Of a stretch of 44,262 bases of DNA, positions 27,367 through 36,090 are shown piece after piece (position 1 is the stretch's first letter; each line of letters begins with the position of its first letter). A program made the position numbers and the translations under genes. Under the pieces are notes generated by a model. That model searched no databases, had not been told where the DNA came from, and was given only the letters and a program-made list of their open reading frames with translations. Source of the stretch: Oscillospiraceae bacterium (GTDB lineage: Bacteria > Bacillota > Clostridia > Lachnospirales > Lachnospiraceae); assembly GCA_963607995.1 (NCBI GenBank), contig CAVDGK010000001.1:1-44262 (forward strand). The letters run 5' to 3'.

Positions 27367-28554
27367 ATGTCAGTTGATTTAGTCGGCATCGGAGAGGGAA
27401 GCGAAGCAAGTCTTACCGGTGCGGCGGAAAAAGCCATTAAAGAAGCGGATATTTTGATCGGGGCGCAGCGGATGCTTTCCACCCTTCCGAAGAATGAGGC
27501 AAAGACTTTCTTTGAATATAAATCTGAAAAAATAGCTGAGATTATCAAGGAAAACCTGGATAAGAAAATTGCGGTTCTCTATAGCGGTGACGTGGGTTTT
27601 TATTCCGGTGCCAAGACTCTTTATGCCATTTTGTGTGAGAGTGGCATTAAGGCCAGACTCATTCCCGGTATTTCCAGCGTGCAGGCTATGGCTGCAAAAG
27701 CAGGCCTTCCCTGGCAGGACTGGAGACTTGTGTCCGCTCATGGCTTAAGCTGTGATCCGGTTCATGAAGTTATGCAGGGATCTCCTGTATTTTTCTTAAC
27801 GGGCGGTAATTATATGCCTAAAGATATTGGTCGGGAATTGACAGAGGCAGGCCTTGGAGATCTTAAGGTTTACATTGGCGAAAATCTTTCCTATCCGGAT
27901 GAGAAGGTAAGCTGCATGTCTGCCAGAGAAGCATCGGAGTATGAAAGTGCACCTTTAAGTGTCTTTCTTTCCATGCCGGCACCCGTTTATACCAGGCGTG
28001 TTTCTGGAATTCCGGATGAAGAATTTATTCGCACGAAAGTGCCTATGACGAAACAGGAAGTAAGAGCTGCCGTTCTTGCAAAACTCGGCATTCAGGAAAA
28101 TGACGTGTGCTGGGATATTGGAGCAGGAACAGGAAGCGTCAGCATCGAAATGGCTCTCCATGCCAAAAGTGTCTGGGCCATTGAGCAGAAAACGGAAGCT
28201 ATTGAGCTGATCCATGAAAACAGAAAGAGGTTCTGTGCCTGGAATCTTCGTGTCTTTGAAGGTAAGGCACCGGATGGAATGGAAAAATTTCCCCGGCCGG
28301 ATGCAGTTTTCATTGGGGGAAGCAGCGGTAATATGCCGGAGATTATTGATTTTATTTTGGAAAAAAATCCGAAAGCACGGATTTGCATTTCGGCTATTGC
28401 AGTGGAATCCCTGGGAACGGCCCTTTCATGTTTTAAGGAAAAGGGTCTTACCTATTCCGTGACACAGCTTTCCGTGAGTCGGACGAAGGAAATCGGGGAT
28501 CTTCATCTTTTGATGGCACAGAATCCTATATTCCTGATTTCCACGGAAGAATGA
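27367..28554 (+). CDS. cbiET: Bifunctional cobalt-precorrin-7 C5-methyltransferase / precorrin-6B C15-methyltransferase (CbiE-CbiT fusion)
   Basis: N-domain SGDVGFYSG, PGISS, GENLSY; C-domain PMTKQEVR, WDIGAGTGSVSIE, VFIGGS.G, AQNPI. Confidence 0.93.
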   Translation: MSVDLVGIGEGSEASLTGAAEKAIKEADILIGAQRMLSTLPKNEAKTFFEYKSEKIAEIIKENLDKKIAVLYSGDVGFYSGAKTLYAILCESGIKARLIPGISSVQAMAAKAGLPWQDWRLVSAHGLSCDPVHEVMQGSPVFFLTGGNYMPKDIGRELTEAGLGDLKVYIGENLSYPDEKVSCMSAREASEYESAPLSVFLSMPAPVYTRRVSGIPDEEFIRTKVPMTKQEVRAAVLAKLGIQENDVCWDIGAGTGSVSIEMALHAKSVWAIEQKTEAIELIHENRKRFCAWNLRVFEGKAPDGMEKFPRPDAVFIGGSSGNMPEIIDFILEKNPKARICISAIAVESLGTALSCFKEKGLTYSVTQLSVSRTKEIGDLHLLMAQNPIFLISTEE

Positions 28555-28589
28555 AGTTGCGAAAGTTTCGCAAGCGAAACTCTTTGCTT

Positions 28590-28638
28590 TCGTATAGGAA
28601 ACTTCGTTCCAACATGGTTAAAACGCTCTGTGAGGATG
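28590..28638 (+). repeat. Short intergenic repeat, copy 1
   Basis: TCGTATAGGAAACTTCGTTCC...TTAAAACGCTCTG shared with 31154-31202. Confidence 0.75.
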
Positions 28639-28670
28639 GAATTGTTTAAGATTGATAAAGGGATTATTTT

Positions 28671-30110
28671 ATGAAGAGAATCATGATTTCGGCCATGAGC
28701 AGCGGCAGTGGAAAAACCACTGTGACTTGTGCTCTTTTACGGGCATTATCCAAAAGAGGCCTTCAGATGGAAGGCTTTAAATGTGGGCCGGATTATATCG
28801 ATCCCATGTTTCAAAGACGAGTGCTGGGGATTCCCTGTCGGAATCTTGATATTTTCCTGCAAGGCGAGAAGGGAGTTTTGAGAACCCTCGCCGGGCAGAA
28901 GGGCGAAGTGGCGGTGTTGGAAGGAGCTATGGGGCTTTTTGATGGCATTAATGGTACCGAAAAAGACAGCGCCTACCATGTGGCGACTTTGACGGATACG
29001 CCCATCATTCTCGTTATAAAGCCTTCCGGCGTTGGCCTGACCCTGGCAGCTCAGGTGAAGGGGATGCAGGAATTTAGAAAGCCGAATCTCATTGCCGGTA
29101 TTATTTTAAATGACTGCAAGGAGTCACTTTTTCATTATCTGAAGGATCTTTTGGAGAGGGAATGCCACATTCCGGTGCTGGGTTATCTGCCGAAAATACA
29201 GGAGGCGGCTTTTGAAAGCCGGCATCTGGGCTTGGTGACTGCAGATGAGATTTCTGATTTTGATCAGAGAATGGATGCGTTGGCGGAGGCTCTGGAAAAG
29301 GGATGTGACCTGACAGCACTGCTTAAACTTTGCAGAGAGGGCAGGGTATGTGACGATCAAAAGAGAGGATCTAAGGCTGTTCAAAAAATAGAAGAAAAGA
29401 AATCCTCTGACGGAGTTTCTTTGAAACAAGAAGGAAATTTTTCCGATAACCCGAAGGATTTACATCAATCAGGGGAAAGACGATTAAATGAAGCACAGTG
29501 TCGCATTGCTATTGCCCGGGATGAAGCCTTTTGCTTCTATTACGAGGAAAATATCGAGGCCTTGATAAATGCCGGGGCGGAGATCATTTACTTTAGTCCC
29601 TTGCGGGATAAGGAAGTGCCTGAAGCGGAGGGACTTTATCTTGGAGGCGGTTATCCGGAACTATATATTAAAGAATTGAGTGAAAATGTCTCCATGATGG
29701 AAAGTATTCGAAAGTGTCATGCAAAGGGCATGCCGCTTTTTGCGGAGTGCGGTGGTTTCTTAAGCCTTCAGAAGACACTGGGTGGTGAAAAAATGGCAGG
29801 TATTCTTCCTGGAGATGGCTTTAAAACAGATCACCTGCAGCGGTTTGGTTATGTGACTCTTACAGCTGAAAAGGAATCTTTTTTGTTTAAGGCGGGAGAG
29901 AAAATACCGGCCCATGAGTTTCATTATTGGGATTCTACGGACAATGGCAGCGACCTTTATGCCGAAAAATTAAATGGAAGAAACTGGAAATGTGCCTTCT
30001 GCACGGAAAATATGTATGCAGGATTTCCACATCTTCATTTTGGAGGGGAACTGCCATTGGCAGAGAGATTTGTTCAGGCTGCGGTTAAGTATAAAAAAGG
30101 GAAAATTTAA
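28671..30110 (+). CDS. cbiA: Cobyrinate a,c-diamide synthase
   Basis: SGSGKTT, FKCGPDYIDP, SRHLGL, DEAFCFYY, GGGYPE, AECGG, HEFHY. Confidence 0.96.
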   Translation: MKRIMISAMSSGSGKTTVTCALLRALSKRGLQMEGFKCGPDYIDPMFQRRVLGIPCRNLDIFLQGEKGVLRTLAGQKGEVAVLEGAMGLFDGINGTEKDSAYHVATLTDTPIILVIKPSGVGLTLAAQVKGMQEFRKPNLIAGIILNDCKESLFHYLKDLLERECHIPVLGYLPKIQEAAFESRHLGLVTADEISDFDQRMDALAEALEKGCDLTALLKLCREGRVCDDQKRGSKAVQKIEEKKSSDGVSLKQEGNFSDNPKDLHQSGERRLNEAQCRIAIARDEAFCFYYEENIEALINAGAEIIYFSPLRDKEVPEAEGLYLGGGYPELYIKELSENVSMMESIRKCHAKGMPLFAECGGFLSLQKTLGGEKMAGILPGDGFKTDHLQRFGYVTLTAEKESFLFKAGEKIPAHEFHYWDSTDNGSDLYAEKLNGRNWKCAFCTENMYAGFPHLHFGGELPLAERFVQAAVKYKKGKI

Positions 30111-30130
30111 AACGAAAGAATATTTGTCTT

Positions 30131-31102
30131 ATGGAGATTATTTACGCGGCCCTTTTGGGCTTTATTATAGATTTATTTCTGGGTGATCCCTCCTGGATCA
30201 TCCACCCGGTGGTTATGATGGGCCGGGCTATTTCGGCATTAGAAAAAATCCTGCGGAAAATATTTCCTAAAACGGAAATGGGAGAACTGATGGCAGGCCT
30301 GTGTCTGGCCATTATCCTGCCGGTGGGAACATTTTGCATTTCCGTGCTGGTTCTTTATTTACTGGGACTTATTCATCCGGTTCTGCGTTTCATTATGGAA
30401 GTGATCTGGAGTTGGCAGGTGCTGGCCCTTCACGGACTTTGGAGTGAGAGCATGAATGTGAGTCGTGCACTGGAGACGAAAACTCTGGATGATGCACGGA
30501 AGGCTGTTGGCCGCATTGTCGGCCGGGATACCCAAAATCTGACAAAGGAAGGGGTAGCAAAGGCTGCCGTTGAAACCGTGGCAGAGAATTTCTCGGATGG
30601 TGTTATGGCACCGCTTATTTACCTTATTATTGGCGGAGCTCCCCTGGCTCTTGCCTATAAAGCGGTCAATACCATGGACAGTATGGTAGGGTATAAAAAT
30701 GATAAATATCTCTATTTTGGCCGATGTGCGGCAAAACTGGATGATATCGTCAATTTCATTCCGGCCCGTCTTTCGGCGCTGATTCTTATTTTGTCGGCAG
30801 GTATCTGCAGACAGAATATGCCAAAGGCCTGGAAAATTTGGAGACGGGATCGGTTCAACCATGCCAGCCCCAATTCAGCCCAGACGGAGGCTGTTATGGC
30901 GGGGGCTTTAGGCGTACAGCTGGCAGGACCGGCCTATTATTTTGGAGAATTATATGAAAAACCCACTATCGGAGATGCAGAACGTCCTATCGAAACAAAG
31001 GACATTAAACGGGCCAATGTGATGATGGCAGCCGGCGGTGTGATAGGATTAGTAATTTTCTGCCTGATCAGGATGGTAGTTTGTCTAATATTGAAGGTTT
31101 GA
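30131..31102 (+). CDS. cbiB: Adenosylcobinamide-phosphate synthase
   Basis: GDP..HPV, IVGRDT, ETVAENFSDG, YKAVNTMDSMVGYKN, HASPNS. Confidence 0.96.
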   Translation: MEIIYAALLGFIIDLFLGDPSWIIHPVVMMGRAISALEKILRKIFPKTEMGELMAGLCLAIILPVGTFCISVLVLYLLGLIHPVLRFIMEVIWSWQVLALHGLWSESMNVSRALETKTLDDARKAVGRIVGRDTQNLTKEGVAKAAVETVAENFSDGVMAPLIYLIIGGAPLALAYKAVNTMDSMVGYKNDKYLYFGRCAAKLDDIVNFIPARLSALILILSAGICRQNMPKAWKIWRRDRFNHASPNSAQTEAVMAGALGVQLAGPAYYFGELYEKPTIGDAERPIETKDIKRANVMMAAGGVIGLVIFCLIRMVVCLILKV

Positions 31103-31123
31103 TAATTGAATATAAAAAGTATT

Positions 31124-31151
31124 TGCAGGCCATAACAGGCCTGCATTTTTT
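31124..31151 (+). terminator. Intrinsic terminator after cbiB
   Basis: TGCAGGCC-ATAACA-GGCCTGCA-TTTTTT. Confidence 0.75.
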
Positions 31152-31153
31152 AA

Positions 31154-31202
31154 TCGTATAGGAAACTTCGTTCCTATACAATTAAAACGCTCTGCGAGAA
31201 TG
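31154..31202 (+). repeat. Short intergenic repeat, copy 2, at the left edge of the insert
   Basis: Matches 28590-28638; contains hairpin GTATAGGAA..TTCCTATAC. Confidence 0.75.
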
Positions 31203-31359
31203 TATAATTGCACGAAAAAGAGATATGTCGCATGCGACATTGGTGACAGCTGCGATAACTTGAAAAACTCGCAAAGCGTGTTTCTTATAGTTACTGAAAT
31301 TACAAAAAGAGAAACGAATAAAAAAAAAGATATAAAATATGAGAAAAAAGAGCTTCACA

Positions 31360-31388
31360 TTGACTTGAACCTTGATAAATGGTATCAT
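31360..31388 (+). promoter_or_regulatory. Sigma-A promoter of the islet ATPase
   Basis: TTGACT (31360-65), 17 bp spacer, TATCAT (31383-88) with TGn; GGAGGTG RBS downstream. Confidence 0.7.
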
Positions 31389-31423
31389 CGTTATACTCAG
31401 TGCTGTACGGAGGTGATTTCTAC

Positions 31424-32845
31424 ATGGATACAATCGTAAGATTAAAGAATATTACTATTGAAAATTTCAAAAACGTTAAGTGCGGTCAGCTGAGTTTTAC
31501 TAATAACAGAAAGAATTATCACACCAGCATCCTCGGATTATATGGTCAAAATGGTTCTGGAAAGACGGCCTTGATTGATGCTCTTAATCTGTTACAAATG
31601 GCATTAAAAGGTCAGCCGGTTCCAATAAAGTTTGCTGATTATATTAATGTAGAGGCAGACTATGCTTTTCTTCGTTACGAGTTTTCAATTTCAGATAAAG
31701 AAGAGAAATATCAGGCTTTCTATGAATTTAAGCTGTCAGCCGAGAAGAGCGAAACAGCTCAAAATGTGGAAGCCACTGAGAGTAATGAGGCACACTTTAA
31801 ACCCGTTATAACAGATGAAATATTGAGTTACGCATATGAAAGTTCATTTGTGAAAGTACGGAAAAGTGTTTTGATTGATACGTCCACACAAAGGATTTTT
31901 ACACCAGCTGGAAAATATGCCTGTCTTGTTGGAAAAGACCGGGATGTTGCCATGAATCTTATGGTGGATAAAAAGATTATTAGAGGGGCATCTCGTTCCT
32001 TTATTTTTTCCAGGGAATTACTGTCGATTATAAGAAATAATAAAGTCGGTAAAGATGATGAAGAGTACCAACGGCATATGCGGTTGATTGAAAGTCTGGT
32101 TCATTATGGGAATTTTGAACTTTTTGTAATTAATACGACAAATTCCGGCATTATCAGTATGAATATGCTGCCTCTTTCCTTTAAATTTGAAGATGGTGCA
32201 AAGGGAGCAGTCGGAAATATTCTAATTCCATTGGAAGAGACTGTACCAATCCCAGAGGAAGCTGTTTCTATGGTGGAACGTGTTGTTCTGAATATGAATG
32301 TTGTTCTTTCCAAAATAGTGCCGGGGCTGACTATTAGTCTTGAAAATCTGGGAGAAATGATTTCGACTAATGGTAAAAAAAACGTACGGATTCAATTGAT
32401 GTCTTTAAAAAATAAGAAGGCAATTCCATTGAAATATGAATCTGAAGGCATCAAAAAAATTATATCAATCCTTCAGCTCCTTATCGTGGTTTACAACCGT
32501 TCTTCCATTACAGTTGCAATTGATGAACTGGATGCAGGTTTATTTGAATATCTCCTCGGCGAATTGCTTCGTATTATTTCTGAAAAGGGGAAAGGACAGT
32601 TGATTTTTACTGCTCATAATCTGCGCCCGCTGGAAACTCTGGATCGTGGATTTATTGCATTTACAACGACAAATCCTTCTAACAGATATATTCGAATGAG
32701 CAATCTCAAGGATACAAATAATCTCAGAGATTTTTACTTTCGGGATATTATTCACGGAGAACAAAGCGAAGAAGTATATGACATAACGAACAACTCAGAA
32801 ATCGCCCGCGCATTTGAAGAGGCAGGTGAGTTTAAGGGTTCGTAA
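31424..32845 (+). CDS. ABC-type/AAA_21 (AbiEii/RloA-like) ATPase
   Basis: ITIENFKN, Walker A GQNGSGKT, signature ESEGIKK, Walker B IDELDAG, FTAHN. Confidence 0.88.
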   Translation: MDTIVRLKNITIENFKNVKCGQLSFTNNRKNYHTSILGLYGQNGSGKTALIDALNLLQMALKGQPVPIKFADYINVEADYAFLRYEFSISDKEEKYQAFYEFKLSAEKSETAQNVEATESNEAHFKPVITDEILSYAYESSFVKVRKSVLIDTSTQRIFTPAGKYACLVGKDRDVAMNLMVDKKIIRGASRSFIFSRELLSIIRNNKVGKDDEEYQRHMRLIESLVHYGNFELFVINTTNSGIISMNMLPLSFKFEDGAKGAVGNILIPLEETVPIPEEAVSMVERVVLNMNVVLSKIVPGLTISLENLGEMISTNGKKNVRIQLMSLKNKKAIPLKYESEGIKKIISILQLLIVVYNRSSITVAIDELDAGLFEYLLGELLRIISEKGKGQLIFTAHNLRPLETLDRGFIAFTTTNPSNRYIRMSNLKDTNNLRDFYFRDIIHGEQSEEVYDITNNSEIARAFEEAGEFKGS

Positions 32846-32960
32846 AATTTGTTTTCTCATTGAGAAAACATTATTACCATATGAAGAATTTTGCATTGAC
32901 AAGCCGGAGTATGAATATGGCTTGGAAAGCTTCATTGAGAATAAAGAAGATCTTCAGTGA
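32826..32960 (+). pseudogene. Possible remnant of the ATPase partner gene (TOPRIM/RloB-like start)
   Basis: 44-codon frame overlapping the ATPase stop reads ..RVRKICFLIE.., resembling the basic-hydrophobic-Glu start of such partners, then stops. Confidence 0.35.
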
Positions 32961-33000
32961 AAGAGATATTAATGAGATTGAAATCTCTTTGATATAAATG

Positions 33001-33060
33001 AAAAAAGCACATAACACATGTGTTACGCGCTCATTTCAGAGTATGTTAGATACTCCCTAG
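33001..33060 (-). ncRNA. Candidate ~60-nt minus-strand small RNA upstream of the DUF4417-like gene
   Basis: Minus-strand TATAAT (33066-71), hairpin GAGTAT-CTAAC-ATACTC, then an 11-bp stem closed by G-U pairs only on the minus strand and U6. Confidence 0.5.
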
Positions 33061-33160
33061 ACACGATTATACTAACATACTCTCTGGAATACGAGCAAGC
33101 AAAACATACGTTTTGTGCATTGTTACCCAGGGAGGCTTAGCTATTATAGTAATCCTTCCG

Positions 33161-33190
33161 GTGCAGCTTATTATGGCTGCATTTGTTTTT
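33161..33190 (+). terminator. Leader terminator/attenuator upstream of the DUF4417-like gene
   Basis: GTGCAGC-TTATTATG-GCTGCAT-TTGTTTTT. Confidence 0.55.
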
Positions 33191-33253
33191 GTACAAGCGT
33201 ATAAAGTCCGCGCAGGTCAGATATGACGCAGTTTGTCTCGAAGGAGGGACACT

Positions 33254-34021
33254 ATGAAGAAATTTGAGTATCACATTAATGAATACGGGGAAAGAATAAA
33301 AGTTCCCAAAAATCTGAAAAAATTATTAAACCTTCAGTATTTGAGAATCACAAACAAAACATATTCAGCAGGTAGGCATGATTTGCCGGAACTAAAATGC
33401 AACACGACAGAATTTCCCGATTTTATAGCTTTATACAATCATCCGGCAGACTATAAGAAAACGCCGAAAACAGCTGTGTCATTTTATTTATATGATGAAG
33501 AATTTGACGGTAGAAACGGTCTATATAATGCCATTTATTATAATGATCAAAAGTTGCTTCAGAGATATAAAGAACGCTTTAAAGACGTTAAATATTTTAT
33601 TTCGCCTGATTATAGTCAGTTTGGAGATGTGGATGACATTGAAAATCATTATCGAATAAAGAAATCCCGAGTTGTTTCGATATGGCTGACATTGGAATTA
33701 GGGGCAATAGTGATTCCAAATATTACTTATCCAACAATAGATAGTTTGTGGTTTTCTTTAGATGGAATGGAATCTTGTACGGTAGTTGCTTTTAGTACAA
33801 TGGGATATGTGGATAATAAAATTGAAAGAGAATTTTTGATTGAGGCAGTTAAACTGACTGTAGATAAACTGCCGCTTAAAACAATTATTGTTTTTGATAT
33901 TTGTGGAGATAATAATGCGATAGAGGACATATTCGCATACGCCAGACAGCAAGGCGTGGATATAATTGTTCCGGATAATATAATGAAAATTCGCAACACA
34001 GCTAGGAAGAGAGGTGCTTGA
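33254..34021 (+). CDS. DUF4417-like protein
   Basis: SFYLYDEEF, ISPDYS, VIPNI, VAFST match the FY..D..F / PDFS / VIP / A.ST pattern I associate with DUF4417; AAGGAGG RBS. Confidence 0.75.
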   Translation: MKKFEYHINEYGERIKVPKNLKKLLNLQYLRITNKTYSAGRHDLPELKCNTTEFPDFIALYNHPADYKKTPKTAVSFYLYDEEFDGRNGLYNAIYYNDQKLLQRYKERFKDVKYFISPDYSQFGDVDDIENHYRIKKSRVVSIWLTLELGAIVIPNITYPTIDSLWFSLDGMESCTVVAFSTMGYVDNKIEREFLIEAVKLTVDKLPLKTIIVFDICGDNNAIEDIFAYARQQGVDIIVPDNIMKIRNTARKRGA

Positions 34022-34022
34022 A

Positions 34023-34532
34023 ATGCACGGATCGAATAGTGGACAGGCAAAAGGAACAAAAGGATCACCACAGATAACATTTGAACAGATGGAATATGCT
34101 AAGAGGGTAGAAGAAGCAGAAAATAATGAAAGGCTACGTCAACATTATTTGAAGGCAGAATTGCCCAAAACGTCTCCTATAAATGTGCCTGAGTCAGCGG
34201 TAGTAAAAGAAGAACAAAAACAGGGATATAAACAGGTGAAATATTCATGGGAAAAAGATGGATATAGATACTTAAGCAGGTGGCATAGCAGAACGCCAAA
34301 TGCACCGGAAAATCAGGGCGATTCATGGGTGGTTGAAAGGAAAACACCCGGTATCGGATATGGACCAAATGCAAGAAATGCAAAGACGGAGATACTTGTA
34401 GGTAAAACATCTGGTGGAAAAAATATCTGGATTGATAAAAAAATATGGGATGCGGCTATATATGCGAGAAAACATGGTATTTGCACCAAAGAACAGGAGG
34501 AAATCTTAAAGCATGGACATTGGGAAGCATGA
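34023..34532 (+). CDS. Putative polymorphic toxin-like protein: short Gly/Ser leader plus probable nuclease domain
   Basis: MHGSNSGQAKGTKGS leader; C-domain GY.QVKYSW...RWHSRTPNAP..QG.SWVVER...GHW resembles toxin tips of MuF/LXG proteins (recollection); starts right after the DUF4417 stop. Confidence 0.6.
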   Translation: MHGSNSGQAKGTKGSPQITFEQMEYAKRVEEAENNERLRQHYLKAELPKTSPINVPESAVVKEEQKQGYKQVKYSWEKDGYRYLSRWHSRTPNAPENQGDSWVVERKTPGIGYGPNARNAKTEILVGKTSGGKNIWIDKKIWDAAIYARKHGICTKEQEEILKHGHWEA

Positions 34533-34884
34533 AGATATTTATAGATTTTATGAAGGGTATGAAGGTGAAAAGGAAATTATTATTTCGCTTTCAGATACTA
34601 CATATCATTTTTGGGATGGATATTTTGAAGATATCTTTGGAAACCCGCAATCATCAGCAACAGGATGGACAGGATTTACTCGTGATTATAATGAATGTAT
34701 AAATGCTTTTGAGGATACCTGCATTGAATGCGCTCTCATACCGAATGAATATTTGAAAGATTTGAAATTATATCAAGGACATAACTTTATGTATCCGGAG
34801 ACAAAAGATGTGCTCGAATGTTTGATTAAAATAATGGAGAATTCAATTGAAAAAGGTGAGTACGTTTATGTAAAAGTGAATTGA
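34513..34884 (+). CDS. Putative cognate immunity protein
   Basis: Small acidic aromatic-rich protein (YEGYEGE, WDGYF, GWTG) overlapping the 3' end of the toxin-like gene. Confidence 0.6.
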   Translation: MDIGKHEDIYRFYEGYEGEKEIIISLSDTTYHFWDGYFEDIFGNPQSSATGWTGFTRDYNECINAFEDTCIECALIPNEYLKDLKLYQGHNFMYPETKDVLECLIKIMENSIEKGEYVYVKVN

Positions 34885-35028
34885 TTTATACATGTAATTC
34901 TCTGAGTAACCGAAATAATTATGCATACAATGAAAAATACATCTGTATGGCTTATAATAGTAGAAATCTTTTGAGTCAACATATTCTTTTGATTCGGAAA
35001 CTATGTGAAAAACAGGAGCAATGAAACT

Positions 35029-36090
35029 TTGAAGAAATACCAGCACGGTGGTGATTGGGCCGGATATAAAATAGAATATGGCAGCGAACCGCTGGATTTT
35101 TCAGCAAATATCAGCCCGCTCGGATTGCCGGAGAGCGTAAAAAAAGCTGCAATTGAAGCCCTGGATCAGGCTGATCGCTATCCGGATCCCCAGTGTCGGA
35201 AACTGCGGGAAAAGATTGCCGGACATTTGGATATTTTGCCGGAACAGATCCTTTGTGGAAATGGGGCAGCGGACCTTATTGATCGTCTGGTGCAGACAAT
35301 AAAACCCAAAAAGGCTCTGCTTACAGCCCCTACTTTTGGGGAATATAGAGTGGCCCTTGAAAGGTGTGACACTGAGATATCAGAATATATGCTTCAGGAG
35401 AAAAATGATTTTCGTCTTGATGAGGGGATTCTGGATGCGATAAAAGATGATACGGATATCATTTTTATCTGTGAACCCAATAACCCTACAGGGGTAACAG
35501 CCGGAAAAGATCTTCTTAAGAAAATACACGAGAAATGTCTGAAGACAGGAACTCTTTTATGCCTTGATGAGTGCTTTAATGATTTTCTGGATGAACCGGA
35601 AAAACATACACTTCTTAGTGAAATAGAAAAAGGCCATCTTATTATCTTAAGGGCTTTTACGAAATTTTATGCCATGGCGGGTCTTCGCCTTGGATTTTGC
35701 ATTTCAGGGGAAAGAAAGCTTTTGGAAGAAATGTCAATGGCAGGCCAGCCCTGGTCTGTTTCCCATATCGCCCAGGAAGCAGGATGTGCAGCCCTTGATG
35801 AAAAGAAATACGGTGAAAAACTGAGCAGGCTCATACGAAGGGAAAGATCTCTGCTCCGGGAAGGTCTTGAAACAATGGGATGCCGTGTGGTTTGCGGAGA
35901 AGCCAATTACCTTTTGTTTTTCCATGAAGATAAAGATTTGTGTGAAAAGTTAAGAAAGAAAGGAATTCTGCTTCGATCCTGTGCTAACTATAATGGCCTT
36001 GGAAAAGGCTGGTACAGAGCGGCGGTAAAGAATAAAGAAGATAACGAGAAATTTTTGCAGGTAATGAGAGGAATACTGGAACATGAGTAA
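35029..36090 (+). CDS. cobD: L-threonine-O-3-phosphate decarboxylase (PLP-dependent)
   Basis: HGG, DFSANISPLG, YPDP, GNGAA, PNNPTG, AFTKFYAMAGLRLG; TTG start 10 nt after AGGAG (frame open from 35005). Confidence 0.92.
   Translation: MKKYQHGGDWAGYKIEYGSEPLDFSANISPLGLPESVKKAAIEALDQADRYPDPQCRKLREKIAGHLDILPEQILCGNGAADLIDRLVQTIKPKKALLTAPTFGEYRVALERCDTEISEYMLQEKNDFRLDEGILDAIKDDTDIIFICEPNNPTGVTAGKDLLKKIHEKCLKTGTLLCLDECFNDFLDEPEKHTLLSEIEKGHLIILRAFTKFYAMAGLRLGFCISGERKLLEEMSMAGQPWSVSHIAQEAGCAALDEKKYGEKLSRLIRRERSLLREGLETMGCRVVCGEANYLLFFHEDKDLCEKLRKKGILLRSCANYNGLGKGWYRAAVKNKEDNEKFLQVMRGILEHE

Larger units (their letters stand above)
31200..35000. other. Accessory AT-richer insert interrupting the cbi cluster (defence/conflict islet)
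   Basis: Four unrelated genes between cbiB and cobD, which are often adjacent; visibly AT-richer codons; no integrase or transposase seen; boundaries approximate. Confidence 0.7.

Noticed and set aside
31182..31439. Short ORFs 31200-31439 (+) and 31182-31433 (-)
   Set aside because: A-rich low-complexity frames overlapping the ATPase promoter, with no clear RBS.
31424..34884. Retron or prophage
   Set aside because: No reverse transcriptase, integrase or phage structural genes are present.
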